Origin: Squalus acanthias
Lineage: Eukaryota
Direction: 5' to 3'
NCBI GenBank assembly: GCA_030390025.1
Contig: CM059432.1
Span: 42,844,001-42,908,000 of the forward strand
DNA length: 64,000 bases
The first letter of the stretch is position 1, and every line of letters begins with the position of its first letter. This document shows positions 50,076 to 61,611 of this stretch, piece by piece. Position numbers and translations under genes: made by a program. The notes beneath the pieces are model-generated. The model worked only from the letters and a program-made list of their open reading frames with translations. It searched no databases and had not been told where the DNA came from.

Positions 50076-50313
50076 TTGACCCTTAGTGTTAGGGGGGATT
50101 AAATATGTGGGGTTATGGGGATAGGATATGTTAGGGGGAATTAAATACGTGGGGTTACGGGGGTAGGGTGGGATATGTGTACTGTGGGGATTAAAGCAGG
50201 GACAGGGTACTGGATTTGGATGATCAGCCATGATCGTATTGAATGGCGGAGCAGGCTCGACGGGCCGAATGGCCTACTCCTGCTCCTAGATTCTATGTTT
50301 CTATGTTTCTATG
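50073..50313 (+). mobile_element. 3' half of a V/HE1-type SINE with a tandem duplication and a CR1-derived tail
   Basis: AAATTGACCCTTAGTG; duplicated AGGGGG(G)ATTAAATA(T/C)GTGGGGTTA(T/C)GGGG unit; CR1 3' UTR and (TTTCTATG)n. Confidence 0.65.
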
Positions 50314-50656
50314 AGTGGGGTATGGCAAGGTGAGGTGAGAAAGAGACTTTTTAAAATATGTATATCTAGCTTAAGAGAGACGAGGGGGCGATTTTCCCAT
50401 TGGAGGCGGGTTTCGGTTTGGGTGGGTTCCAAACCCGCCTCCACTGTCAGGTGGGAAAAAGTTGCGATTTTCCCCTAATTGGCCAGTTAATTTCAGAGGT
50501 GTGGGATCCCCTGGGCCAATTAGTGTTTTGGGACTGAAACTCGCCTCTGCTGACGTCACTTCTCCAGCTTCATTTAAGGGCTGCTTGCTGCCTTGGCTCA
50601 TTCCCCTGGTTTTTGGTCGATGCTGCACCACTTCCAAACTTTTATCTCCTTGGAGA

Positions 50657-52636
50657 ATGGCCAGCTCCAAGGCAAGGGCCTCCCCGAGGTTCTCCGATGA
50701 GGCGCTGGGTATGCTGGTTGAGGGGGCGAGAGCCAGCAGGGAGGTGCTCTTCCCCTCATCTGGGAGGAAGAGGCCTCCCAAAGAAACCAAGGCTGTGTGA
50801 GTCCAGCTGGCAAGGGATATAACCTCCAGATCGGTGTGCAGCAGGACATGGCTGCAGTGCCATAAAAGGTTCAATGACCTTGTAAGATAAGGCAAAGTGA
50901 GTATACCTTCAGCATGATCCTCCTTCTGCTCCCCTTCTCCTCTCATCACCAGCACTCTGCATTGTCAACCTCCTCCTCCACATCCCACTTTACCCTTACA
51001 ACCCTTGCACCCTTCACCATCCCTCTCACTCTATGAACCCAATCACTTAATTATTCGACTATGCTGCCCTCACACTCCCTTTCAATGTTATGCAATGACA
51101 ATGACTAACAACGCACAGGGAGGGCCCTTGGATATGGAACCTCACTCCATCTTTGTCTCCTTCTAAGCATCTATGCTCTGGACTCTCTGCACTCACTCCA
51201 TTATTCTCACTCCAACTCCACTTGTCTCCCTCACTGCAGGAAAAGAGAGCCCACAATAGAAGGGAAAGGGCGAAGACAGGAGGAGGGCCACCTTCCATAG
51301 TCATTCTCACCCAGGCTGAAGAGGCGGCCCAGGACATCGCCGGCACAGAGGTGGAAGTGGAAGTGGGGGACGGACAGACGGGCGAGGCAGAGCAAGCTGG
51401 TGACAGAATAGTTTTGCGTCTCTCTCATTTACACTGCTTGAGTGAGTGAAATGGCTGCTGGTGTACATTATTAGAATGTCACTTGAGCATCTGCACTATT
51501 GCATGTGCATGCCACACTTCCGTCAAATGTCTAACCCATGCCTTTACTCCCCCACAGGACCATCCACAGAACCCCCCCCCCACTGTCGACGAGGAAGAGG
51601 CTGAGCCGGAAGACTCCTCAGAGGAACCTGCAACCTCTGAGGATTCAGCGTCAGCAGAATTAAGCGCACCCAGCACCAGTGCAGATACGCACACCTCGGT
51701 GGGACCTTCGGGACATAGAGTAGTGTTGTCACCTGGTGTATCACATCTCACAGGTGAGCATCAGCAGGTGGTGGAGACAGGGACAGCAGTGGAGAGTCCT
51801 CATCGGAGGTTGCAGGACTCTCCTAGCTTTGCTCCGCTGCATGTGGACCCTGTGCCCATCCAGAAGGGGAGCGGTGCTGGAAGTCCAGGAACAGGTGCAG
51901 GAATCTCTGACAGGTTTTGTCTCCAGGGTCACTGCGAGTGTGGAGAGGATGGAGGAGTCCAACTCTAACCTGAGCAGTGCCTTTGTGGAGGCAATGGCGC
52001 ATGAACACATCACCATGGAAAGGATGGCAACCACCGTGGAAAGGATGTCTACCTCCGTGGTTACGATGACTGCCTCTCTGGAAAGGGTGTTTACGGTAGA
52101 GGAGAGGATGGCTATGGCCAGAGTCTGGAAAACATGGTGATTGTTCAGAATAGACTGACATTTCTGGAAGAGCGATGGGCAGCTACTGAGCAGAGAAACC
52201 AGAGCTTCATGGAAGTCCTTTTGAGTAGGACTGCCAGTGCAGATACGGGTCCCCATGGCCCCCCTGATGTGCAGCAAGGTGCTCTCAAGCCACTTGTAAG
52301 CGCTGAGGTGGACCGGACCCATGAGAGGAAGATGGTGGCAGAGAACAAGGAAGTGGGGGCTCCTCTCCAAGCGCTCACACTTCCATGACACTGCGTAGCC
52401 CTCTGTCAGAGCCCCACCAGAGTCCGCACCCAACTGAGATGGGCGTCTCAGCCCCTGCACTGCCGCAGGATGAGCAGACATTTGGCGAGCCCTCACAGGC
52501 TCGGAAACCCAGAGGACGCCCGCCAAAGGTGTCGAAGCAGGAACAGCATGAAAGTGAGCAAGGGGCCTCCACTTCTGCTGAAGCCACAGGGGGAGCACCA
52601 CATAGTATGCATAAGAGAAAAATAAAGCACCATTAG
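50657..52636 (+). pseudogene. Harbinger Myb/SANT DNA-binding protein gene, 3 exons (50657-50896, 51240-51399, 51558-52636), with stops and frameshifts
   Basis: PRFSDEALGMLVE...RTWLQCHKRFNDL; EKRAHNRRERAKTGGGPP; GT-AG junctions; acidic tract, heptad repeat and RKPRGRPPK; AATAAA at 52621. Confidence 0.85.
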
Positions 52637-52891
52637 TCACGGGGTAGGCACTTGGGTGATTGTTTCTGTTTATTAATGAAATGCCATCCCTGTGTGAATG
52701 TATTAAAATTAGGTGATGGCAAACTGTTGGCATGATGGCATCTGTTATTTCGGCTTAAGCAGCTCCACATTGCGGCTCCGTGACACTTGCGTGGTCAGGT
52801 TGGTGGTCAGAGTGAAAGGAGGCCAGAGAGTCATGTCCATTGTCTATCATGTGTTAAGAAGGAGTCAAGCACATGTGCCATAATGGGCAGC

Positions 52892-54100
52892 CTATGCAAA
52901 TCTGGCCAGGATGAGTGCATCCTTTGCATCACGGGCAGCCATGTGCTCGCGTGCTGCCGCTGCTGCTGGTAGATGTGCCGCCGCTCAGTCTTCCTCATCA
53001 TCCTCCTCCTCCTCCTCCTCCTCCTCCTCCTCATCCTCATCTGAGGAGGCTATGAATTGAGCCACTTGCTCATCAGGAAGCTGCAAGCCACGATGCTGTG
53101 CCATGTTGTGCAGTGCACAGCAGACCATGACCATTCTGGAGACACTGGCTGCTCCACCTGATCTGTCAAGGCATCGGAATCGCATCTTCAGCAAGCCAAT
53201 GGTTTGCTCGATGATGGACCTGGTCGAAATGTGGCTGGAATTGTAGCGCTCCTCAGCCTCATTAGCTGGCCTTCTGATCGGTGTCATTAGCCACTTCTTC
53301 AGGGGATAGCCCTTGTCACCAAGTTGGTTTGGTGGATTGAAGAGTGGAGGAACACTAGAGTTCCGCAGGATGAATGAGTCATGGCAACTACCACAGATCT
53401 TGGCGTAAACATGCAAAATCTCCTTCTTGTAGTTACACACCAGCTGTACGTTGAGGGAGTGGAAGCCCTTGCGGTTGACAAAGATAGCTGGGTTGTGATG
53501 GGGTGCCCTAAGGGCCACATGTGCGCAGTCTACGACACTCTGCACCATTGGCAAGCCTGCCATATTTGCAAAGCCAACTGAACGTGCGGTTACACTTGCT
53601 TAATCCCTTGAGAAGTGGATGTAATTGTGCGCCTTTGCGAAAAGGGCATCAGTAACCTATGTGATGCAACTGTGGGCGGCCGACTGGGAGATGCTGCTGA
53701 TGATCCCTGGAAGGAGCCTGAGGCAAAAAATTTGAGTGCGGTGGTTACTTTGACAGCCACTGGTAAGGGGTGTCCACCCGTTCCTCTGGGCTCCAGGTGT
53801 TGGTGCAGCAGTGCGCAGATCTCTCGGACAACCTCTCGCAAAAGTCTCAGCCTCCTTTGGCACTGCTGCTCACTCGTTGAAGTAGCTCATCCTCTGTCTG
53901 TAAACCCTGCGAGGGGGGTATCTCCTGCAGCGACGTGCTGCCATGCGCTAGCGCCTTCTACCCTGTGCAGCATCAGGTGGGTGAGCAGGAGGTTGGCGCT
54001 CCTGCTGCTGTTGCTGCTGAGCTGCTTTGTTCTGCTGATGCTGTGGTTGCTCCTCATCTGAATCTGAGGTCCATGATGAAAGGAAATAAATGGTTCCCAT
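52892..54100 (-). pseudogene. Harbinger (HARBI1-like) DDE transposase pseudogene
   Basis: [72 protein letters not shown], poly-Glu, DALILARFA*; several stops and frameshifts. Confidence 0.93.
52990..53040. repeat. (TCC)n microsatellite encoding the acidic transposase tail
   Basis: TCCTCCTCC run read directly from the sequence. Confidence 0.9.
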
Positions 54101-55045
54101 GCTGCTGGCAGATACCTCCGTTAGGGAAGCGCTCAGTCCAAGCGGGGAGAGGGTCTTCCAAGGAGGTCCCACAGCTGAGAGATAGCAGCTGCAGCACCTC
54201 CGACTTCGGTAGGCCTGCTAAAAGTGCTGAAAGACCTGTGGAACAAAAGTTCTGCCACCTGCAACTCCCTGATGAAAGCTCGGTTTTAATGGTGGAGCTG
54301 CAGCTGTGAGGAGGCCACCCACTTGTCAACCAGCCAGGATTAGCTGGCGTGGTTTAGGAGGGTCGTGCAACACACACAAAATGTGGCAAAATAACAAAGG
54401 CCTGTCAAAATAGGATTATAGAGGCCCTTAACGACTATTTAAAGGTCTTAACTACCTCTCCTGACTGATGGAGGCGGGACCGAATCGCACCCATCAAATC
54501 CGCCTCCGGCAAAATTGCGCGGAGGCGGGTTCTGAACCCGCGCTCACTTTTTGCGATTTTCCCAACTGTCCCGCCTCCAAACCCGCCTCCTCGGGGCTGG
54601 GAAAATCGCGGCCAATGAATGGATAATTTGATAATTCAATTCTAAATACATATAACCATCTTTCTGAGATTTTGCACAGCAGTAGATGTGGCGTTTATTA
54701 CATTATATATGTAATGTATTTTCTTATCCTCCCAATGATGTTACAGTTTATTGTGGTTATTTTCAGTGCACAATTTGGTGATGAAATTACTTTCCAGTAA
54801 CAAAGTAAGCTTAAAGATAATGCTCAAAGTGGAGTAGCTGATGTCCAGCAGGGTATAATTATTGTATGTTGGATATAGTCTTTGTTATATTATACTACAA
54901 TATTTTAATGTCCAGCTGTCACATTAAATCCCAATCAAAATGACTAACTGCAAATATCTTTTTAAATGACATTGGAGTCTTGAATTCTTACCCTACTATA
55001 CTGGCCTGTGGGCTTATTTCCAATAAAATCCTCTGCTTGATAAAT

Positions 55046-57235
55046 CAACAATAACAACTTTCACTTATAAAGTGCCTTTAATGTTGTGAAACAACCCCAA
55101 GATGCTTCACAAAGAGGACGGCGAGAGGGTTGGACATCAAACAGGGATTGGGGAAGATTTAGGGGAGGTGGCAGAATTGATTTGAGGAGGCCTTTAGAGG
55201 TAGTCAGAAAAGTAGCAGGCAGGGCCCACATTAACGCATGGGCCTATGGGGACTGTGACTAGGCCTCCCAACCGAATAGGGAGTCCCCGCCAGTGGCCCT
55301 GCAAACATAGCTCAGCAGTCACTCGACGAGCCGTTTCAGGCAGGCAGTGACTGGAACTGGAGTGTTGGGCTTCCCCAGCTGGGTGTAGGGGGGAGGGGAG
55401 GCCGAGGGTTTACTCAACAGACAGTAGTTGAACCATTGTGCCTGCGTTGTGCGGCCCGCATATGGTCATCAGTGGCGGGAAGATGGTCACAGAAGAAGCT
55501 TGAGGCTGTCAGCAGAGTGGAAAGGTCAGTGGAACCTTGCAACATCATGGAAGATGGCAAATAAGTTCAGGTTCACGCTCTTAATGAGAAATACCCACAC
55601 TGACGATGAATGGATCTCAATGCAAAATGAAATGATAAAGCACAAAGTAATATCAGTGGAGAGAAAATAAAAAACAGCACGTGGGGCAGCAGCTGTGCTC
55701 AATTAACACTGACTGGCCCTCAGAATGATCACAGTAAAGAATTTAACAAGCGCAATACATTTATATTAATTTTATAGCTTTAAATCTCAGATACATATTT
55801 GGTAACCATTCTTCCTAAAGCAAAGATAGTTATTTTATTTTATTGTGTGTGCCAAAATTAAGCAGCTTCATTTAAGCATAGCATATTGTGATATGATTTG
55901 CTTCATTATTAATGCAGTGTGTAAACATTCTACGGGGCTATTTCTTCATCCATTTTATTACATGTTTTTGCTTTATTGGAAGGGGTGGTTGTGTGCGGAG
56001 GGGGAATTGTGTAGTGGGGTAGGGGACCTGAATGTTCTTGGTGTCCGGGGCCCCAAGAATTCTTGGGTTGACTCCTGGCATCAAGCCAGGTGAGTTTGTA
56101 AAGGAAATGACAGCGTGCAGAGGCATGGTGGTCAATGGTGGAGTAGGGAGAGGAGGATGCAAAGTAGATTCCATTCGGAAGAGTGGAAAATGCAAGTTGG
56201 TACGGTTGGAGAAGGTTGGAGAGTTACAACGATGCAAGGCCATAGAGGGATTGGAAGACATGGGCAAAGAATTTGAAATAAAAATGCTGGGGGTACCAGT
56301 GGAAGTCAGAAAGAACAGGGGTGAGTGGGCCTTAGCCTGAGAAAGGATGTGGACAGCAGAGTCCTGGATCAGTTGGAGTTTGTGTAGAATATAGTTGGGG
56401 AGAGTAATGGGCGGTCAGTGGGCTAGTGTGCCCGCTGCCTGCTTGTTGCTATGGCCATAAGGGCAGAACCATTTTGAAGCCCGGGCTTTATTTACATGCA
56501 GCTGGTAAGTTGCGAGTGCTAAACTGGTGCTCCGAGTAGCCTTGCTGGTTGGGCAGGGCAGGAGCCCGGTTGGCTCCTACGCTGAGCCAGATGACGGTGC
56601 TTGGGGTGCGGGGGTGGCAGTCCTGGGAGGGGGTCTTGCACTGACTGGCAGCAAGCTGAGTTTTTTTTCCTGGGTGAAGGAGGAGTACTCCAGCTCCTCC
56701 TGACTCCACAAAAATAGAAGTTTTAAAAGAAACTTTAGCCATTTTCTGAGTGGCTTCCAGTGGTTCTTTTAAGGGCCGCAGGTTAGCCATTCAGTGTTGG
56801 TACAAATGGGCAAAACATGTGCGCTTTGCCCATTTCTACCTCAAAGTGCAATCCGCACCCTGATTTGCATATTACAAATGGTCTGAAACAGGCTGACCCT
56901 CCAGCCGCCCAGCTGAGGACCCTACCCAAGATGGTGGTGGCTGGAGCAGCAACGTAAATCGATCGGTAAATGACCCGACAGGGTTATCACACACAAATTG
57001 CCCTATTTATGCCAGACGGGAGCCTTTAAAATTCATATGGTTGAGTCTAGAGGTAACAAAATTGTGGATGAAGATTTCAGCAGCATGGGGTGGCATATGG
57101 ATTGAAGTGGGCAGAGGTTGAAGTAGGAAGTCTTGATGATAGACTGGTTCATATCAGGGTCTAAAAAGACGTCAAGATTATGCATAGTCTGAGCGAGCAG
57201 CTTGGAAAGGGGATGGAAATGAGCGCTAAGGTGCA
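55046..57235 (-). mobile_element. Old L2 fragment split by a possible hAT-like element (about 55220-56090) and a MITE (about 56410-57035)
   Basis: L2 tail at 55046-55110; L2 body pieces at 56100-56400 and 57040-57235; CAGGGCCCACATTAAC start at 55220. Confidence 0.55.
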
Positions 57236-58654
57236 AATTTTCTGAAGGATGCTCAATTTCATCCTATTTTATGAAAACGTTTGAAAACAACATTTTTTAA
57301 TGTTGCCTCGTGATCTGTGGACAAAAATGAAAATCTGGCATGTTCCTGTTGGATATGATTTTAGCACAATAAGTTAGCCTGACTAAATAACAAACATACA
57401 GGTTTCAGTATTTTCAGTTTAATTACTCCACCTGGTCTCAATGAACTGATGTCATGGATTAAATCTGATCCCCGTTCCCCAATTATCTGTTCTGCGCATA
57501 ACATTCAGTAGGGCAGTTCATGTAAAAAAAAAGGGAGCATCATAATTTTGGTAATAAAATTTAAAGATGTCAATTCAGGATTCAAGCTTTTCAGCACTAA
57601 GTTTTATTAGCTGTTAGAATTTGAAAGTATTCCGTTAAGTCAGCGATTTAAGCTTGCCATGATTACATTGCCGCATAGTTTATGTTCCCCATGTGTTATA
57701 ATACTTGTCCATAAACTGAGGTGGGCAGTAGTGGTCTCGAAGGATTCAGCCAGGACTGAACATTTTCTTGGAGGGGTTACAGGAGAGGGAATAAGGGGGT
57801 CAGTATAGATCATATAGAAATATAATCTGCTTTTTTAATGAAAGCAACATTTTAAGACATGCATTGAAGCCCTAAATTGCTTTTAACGTAATAAATTGTT
57901 ATTAAAATCAGTAAAATAAGCAGTAAAACCATATGTTTCTGGTAGTCTACTTATAGATAATTCATGTTTTTATTTAAAAGAAAGCTGATATTGTAGAATA
58001 TCTTCAGATTAATTGTTAATATTCTCCTACTCATTCAGAGCAACAATCTGATTTATTTTTCATAAATATATTTTTGCATTGCTGGTTATATCTTGTGTAC
58101 TTACACATGTGACATACACAGCGCCGCTTTATTCATGTGGACAAATCGCTAGTTTGTCCTGGTGAATAAACGTTCATAAATTCACGTGAACTTACAATAC
58201 ATTTTTGTGCCAGTTTTTCTCAAAGGCACCTGGGCATTAGGGGAAAGTGACCTCGCACAGGGCTGCAATAATTGATGGCCCTTTCCTCCATAGTTGCAAA
58301 GCAGACAATATAAATACATGAAAATATCACTATTGATGGTTTTTTTGTTTTTAAACTATATATTCCACCTACTCACAATGTTTATATTAAGCATTACTCA
58401 TACTGGTGCATTAGTTCTACCCCAAGTTCATAACTTTTAGCAAGCTCAGTGAAGGTGTGACTTATACACCAGATACGATTGTAATTTAAATTGTGACAAT
58501 ATAATACAATACTTGCACGACATCTTGTGATGTAACGGACTGGATTTTGCCTGGAGTGGCAGTTCCAATGGGGTGGAACTTCTGCTGTCCCTCTGACACT
58601 GCTGCAGCCCTAAACAATTTTAGTGGTTTGAGGGTTCATAACCTATACACATTT

Positions 58655-58890
58655 TTAAAAATTCGTTCCTGGGATGTGGGCATTGCTGGCAAGGTCAGCA
58701 TTTATTGCCCATCCCTGATTGCCCTTGAGGTGGTGGTGAGCCGCCTTCTTGAACTGCTGCAGTCCGTGTGGTGAAGGTACTCCCACAGTGCTGTTAGGGA
58801 GGGAATTCCAGGATTTTGACACAGTGACAATAAAGGAACGGCGATATATTTCCAAGTCAGGATGATGTGTGACTTGGAAGGGAACATTAC
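58655..58890 (-). mobile_element. Zenon-like LINE 3' end
   Basis: Reverse complement of 39680-39895. Confidence 0.85.
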
Positions 58891-59001
58891 CAAAAGGGAG
58901 CCCACCAGTGTCACTGTGGAATCTGCGACAGTGCTGCAACTTCGAAGAACCATGCGACATTTGGCAAGGTGTTTAGTAGCGCACAACAAACTGAGAGATA
59001 T

Positions 59002-59763
59002 GGGCCAGAAATTCGGCTCTTGTCGGGTGAGTACGCGCTGTGTACTCACCCGTAAGACCACCTGAAGTGCCGGTTTCCTGCATGCACTGCACATGCGCGG
59101 GAAACCGGAATTTCCGTTCCCCTGAAGGGAGGGGTTCAGAAGTCGAACGCGTGCACGGGAGAGGCTGCGCGCATGCAGCGAACTTCGTTTTTTTTTCAGG
59201 TTTCTCCGGGAAGGAAAGTATGGAGAAGCTGCACTTTTAAAAAGGAGGTGCAAGGCCTGTTTTTAACAAGGTAAGTGGTTAATTAATTACAATTTAAACA
59301 TTTTTTCAACAGGTTTATCTTTTTTAGATACTTTAAAGAAAGGTAAGTTTATTTTTAGCACCGGTAAAAAGTATAATAAATTTTTTCAAAAATTTAAATT
59401 TTTCTTTAAAGTAGTTAATTTATGTAATTTATAGTTATTTTAAAAATGTGATTTTTTAAAACATTTATTTGAAGTTTAAGTGTGGTTTTGGGGCCGGTCT
59501 CTATTCATAGATTTGACAGGCCTTCCTGTCAAATCTATGAATGAAAATGCCCTGCTAGGATTGGCTCTCCATGGCCCACGTGATCCCAGGGGACGCTTCG
59601 AACTAACTGCGCCCCTGGGATACACAAGCACTGCGCGCCGGCAGCTGGAGGAGGCCCAGGACCCGAAGTCCTCGTGGGCCCAAAGCACAACTGCAGGCAC
59701 GGTAGGCAAGTACGCGCGCGATGCTTGCACCCGCAGGAAGCCGGAAAGCCGAATTTCTGGCCC
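59002..59763 (+). mobile_element. MITE family B, full copy
   Basis: Perfect 17-bp TIR GGGCCAGAAATTCGGCT / AGCCGAATTTCTGGCCC; flanks TAT/AAT. Confidence 0.92.
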
Positions 59764-59799
59764 AATGTGAAAATAAGGTAGGATTCTCCACTGAAATAT

Positions 59800-60258
59800 A
59801 TAAGAAAGAACTTGCATTTATATAATGCATTATCACATTCTCTGGACATACAAAAGTATTTTACAACCAATTCATTATTTTTTGAAATATAAGCGGGAAA
59901 CTGATGGGTTAGCCACTCGTTTTACACCTTGTGTGAATTTAGAGTACTCCTATAGTTACTGTTGTTACATTGGCAAATGAGCTGCCAATTTGTACACAGT
60001 AAGGTCCCACAAACATTAGTGACCACATAATGGTATGTTAATTGAGGAAAATGTTCATCAGGATACTAGGAGAGCTCCTCTTCAAATAGGTCTTTAGGAT
60101 CGTTTATATCCACCAGAGAATGCAGATAGATAACATCTCATTTGAAAGATGGCATTCACAATGTAATGTAATGAAGTGTCAGCCTGGATTACATGCTTCA
60201 GTCCATTGAACCCACAGCCTTCTGATTCAGAGGCAAGAGTGATACCCCTGAGCCAATC
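59800..60258 (-). mobile_element. Decayed Deu-type SINE
   Basis: Colinear with 40090-40535 (ACTTGCATTTATATA ... CCTTCTGATTCAGAGGC ... CTGAGCCA). Confidence 0.7.
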
Positions 60259-60621
60259 AGTGAACCATTAATGTGCTGCTGTAAACTATCATACAGTATT
60301 CATCGTGGTTGATTTTTTAAATCTCTCTCTCTCTCCCACCCATCATATTAGTGAGTGGATATTTCTGCAAGATCATTGCATACGTTTAGAATAAAATACT
60401 GACTGTGTTCCAGTGGCATAATTTGAAGAGGTCGAAGAGAAGCAGGGAAGTTTGATGAAGTCAAAGAGAAATAGTTTCATGTCACTAGAATCTCTTGACT
60501 AGATTACTACCTTTTGTTCTCTATATAATTTACTAAATCATAACTTATGCCTATCTTGGCAACTAAATCTGGCAGTCCCAAACATGAATTGGCTTGCAAT
60601 CAGTATCCTTCTGAATGTTAA

Positions 60622-60867
60622 AGCAAAATTCTGCGAATGCTGGAAATCTGAAATAAAAAGAGAAAATGCTGGAAATACTCAGCAGGTCAGGCAGCATCTG
60701 TGGAGAGAGAAACAGAGTTAACGTTTCAGGTCGATGACCTTTCGTCAGGTACTGGTACATCGCTAACCTTTTCCAGTTCTGACGAAAGGTCAACGACCTG
60801 AAACCTTAACTCTGTTTCTCGCTCCACAGATGCTGCCTGACCTGCTGAGTATTTCCAGCATTTTCTC
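60622..60867. mobile_element. Foldback of two Penelope-like termini
   Basis: Arms 60660-60748 and 60779-60867 are inverted copies with 3 mismatches; each holds a hammerhead core. Confidence 0.9.
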
Positions 60868-61459
60868 CTTCTAAATGTTGTTTGTTAATTTCATTCTTAC
60901 TCTGTCACTTCAGAATGGTTGCTCTATTGAATGTAGCCTAAAGATTAAAAATTGTCAAAGGAACTGATGACTGTATCCCTTACATAAACATGGGTTGTTT
61001 TGAGTGTCCTCGTCTGCCGTTATCGGTGCAGTAACGGCCTCAAAATGGCGTTGGTAGCCTTACTGCCCCATTAAGACTGGTGATGTGGCCAGCTCCATTT
61101 AACTAGGACCCTACCACCAGGTGCCCAAAGCATCTGCCTGATTCAGGCGATAGGCCCTTTTTAATTTGGAAATTGGGGTCCTGTGATGTAAATAGGGCCC
61201 CAATTGCCATTTTAGGTAGGAGCTGGTTGGAGCCTGCACAATTTTTCTACACAGAGGGTTATTACAGCAGGAAATGCTTTACTTCAAGTAGCTGTTGAGG
61301 CAGAGACTATAAAATCTTTTACAATAGAATTGGATATGTATTTTAAAAAGGAAGAATATAAAAGAAGATGGTAAAAGTGAAGACAACTGGGATTGAAGTA
61401 GATAGCTCCAATGTAGTAGCACTGGTGCAGTTGTAATAGGCCTGTGCTATAAATTGAAT

Positions 61460-61611
61460 GGGGGTAATTTTGACTTTGGGTGATAGTATAAAATAGGCAA
61501 TAGCGATTCAACCGTTCATTATACATCTCTCTCGATTGGGAGAGAGGTGTAACGGGTCACTGAATCGATATCACACATTTTACGCTGTCACCTAAAATCA
61601 AAATTACCCCC
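61460..61611. mobile_element. 152-bp foldback Harbinger-type MITE, AAT target duplication
   Basis: AAT|GGGGGTAATTTTGA ... TCAAAATTACCCCC|AAT; arms extend imperfectly to the centre. Confidence 0.88.

Larger units (their letters stand above)
50384..54613. mobile_element. Full-length two-gene PIF/Harbinger transposon (pseudogenised)
   Basis: TIRs GGGGGCGATTTTCCCA / TGGGAAAATCGCGGCC (14 of 16 match); convergent Myb/SANT and DDE transposase genes; flanks CGA/AAT do not match. Confidence 0.92.

Noticed and set aside
50090..50200. CRISPR-like repeat-spacer pattern
   Set aside because: A tandem duplication inside a SINE in eukaryotic DNA; no unique spacers or cas genes.
51741..52733. 330-aa minus-strand ORF
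   Set aside because: Antisense shadow of Myb-gene exon 3; no recognisable domain.
52892..54100. Domesticated host HARBI1 or NAIF1/MSANTD genes
   Set aside because: Multiple stops and frameshifts, TIRs and the paired two-gene layout indicate a dead transposon, so no gene symbol is assigned.
48420..54613. One composite transposon bounded by AAT/AAT
   Set aside because: The outer TIRs match only about 10 of 15, whereas 50384 matches 54613 at 14 of 16. A 3-bp A/T match is easily chance.
54768..54812. Short AG...GTAAGC exon candidate
   Set aside because: No recognisable peptide, not frame-preserving, and no partner exons.
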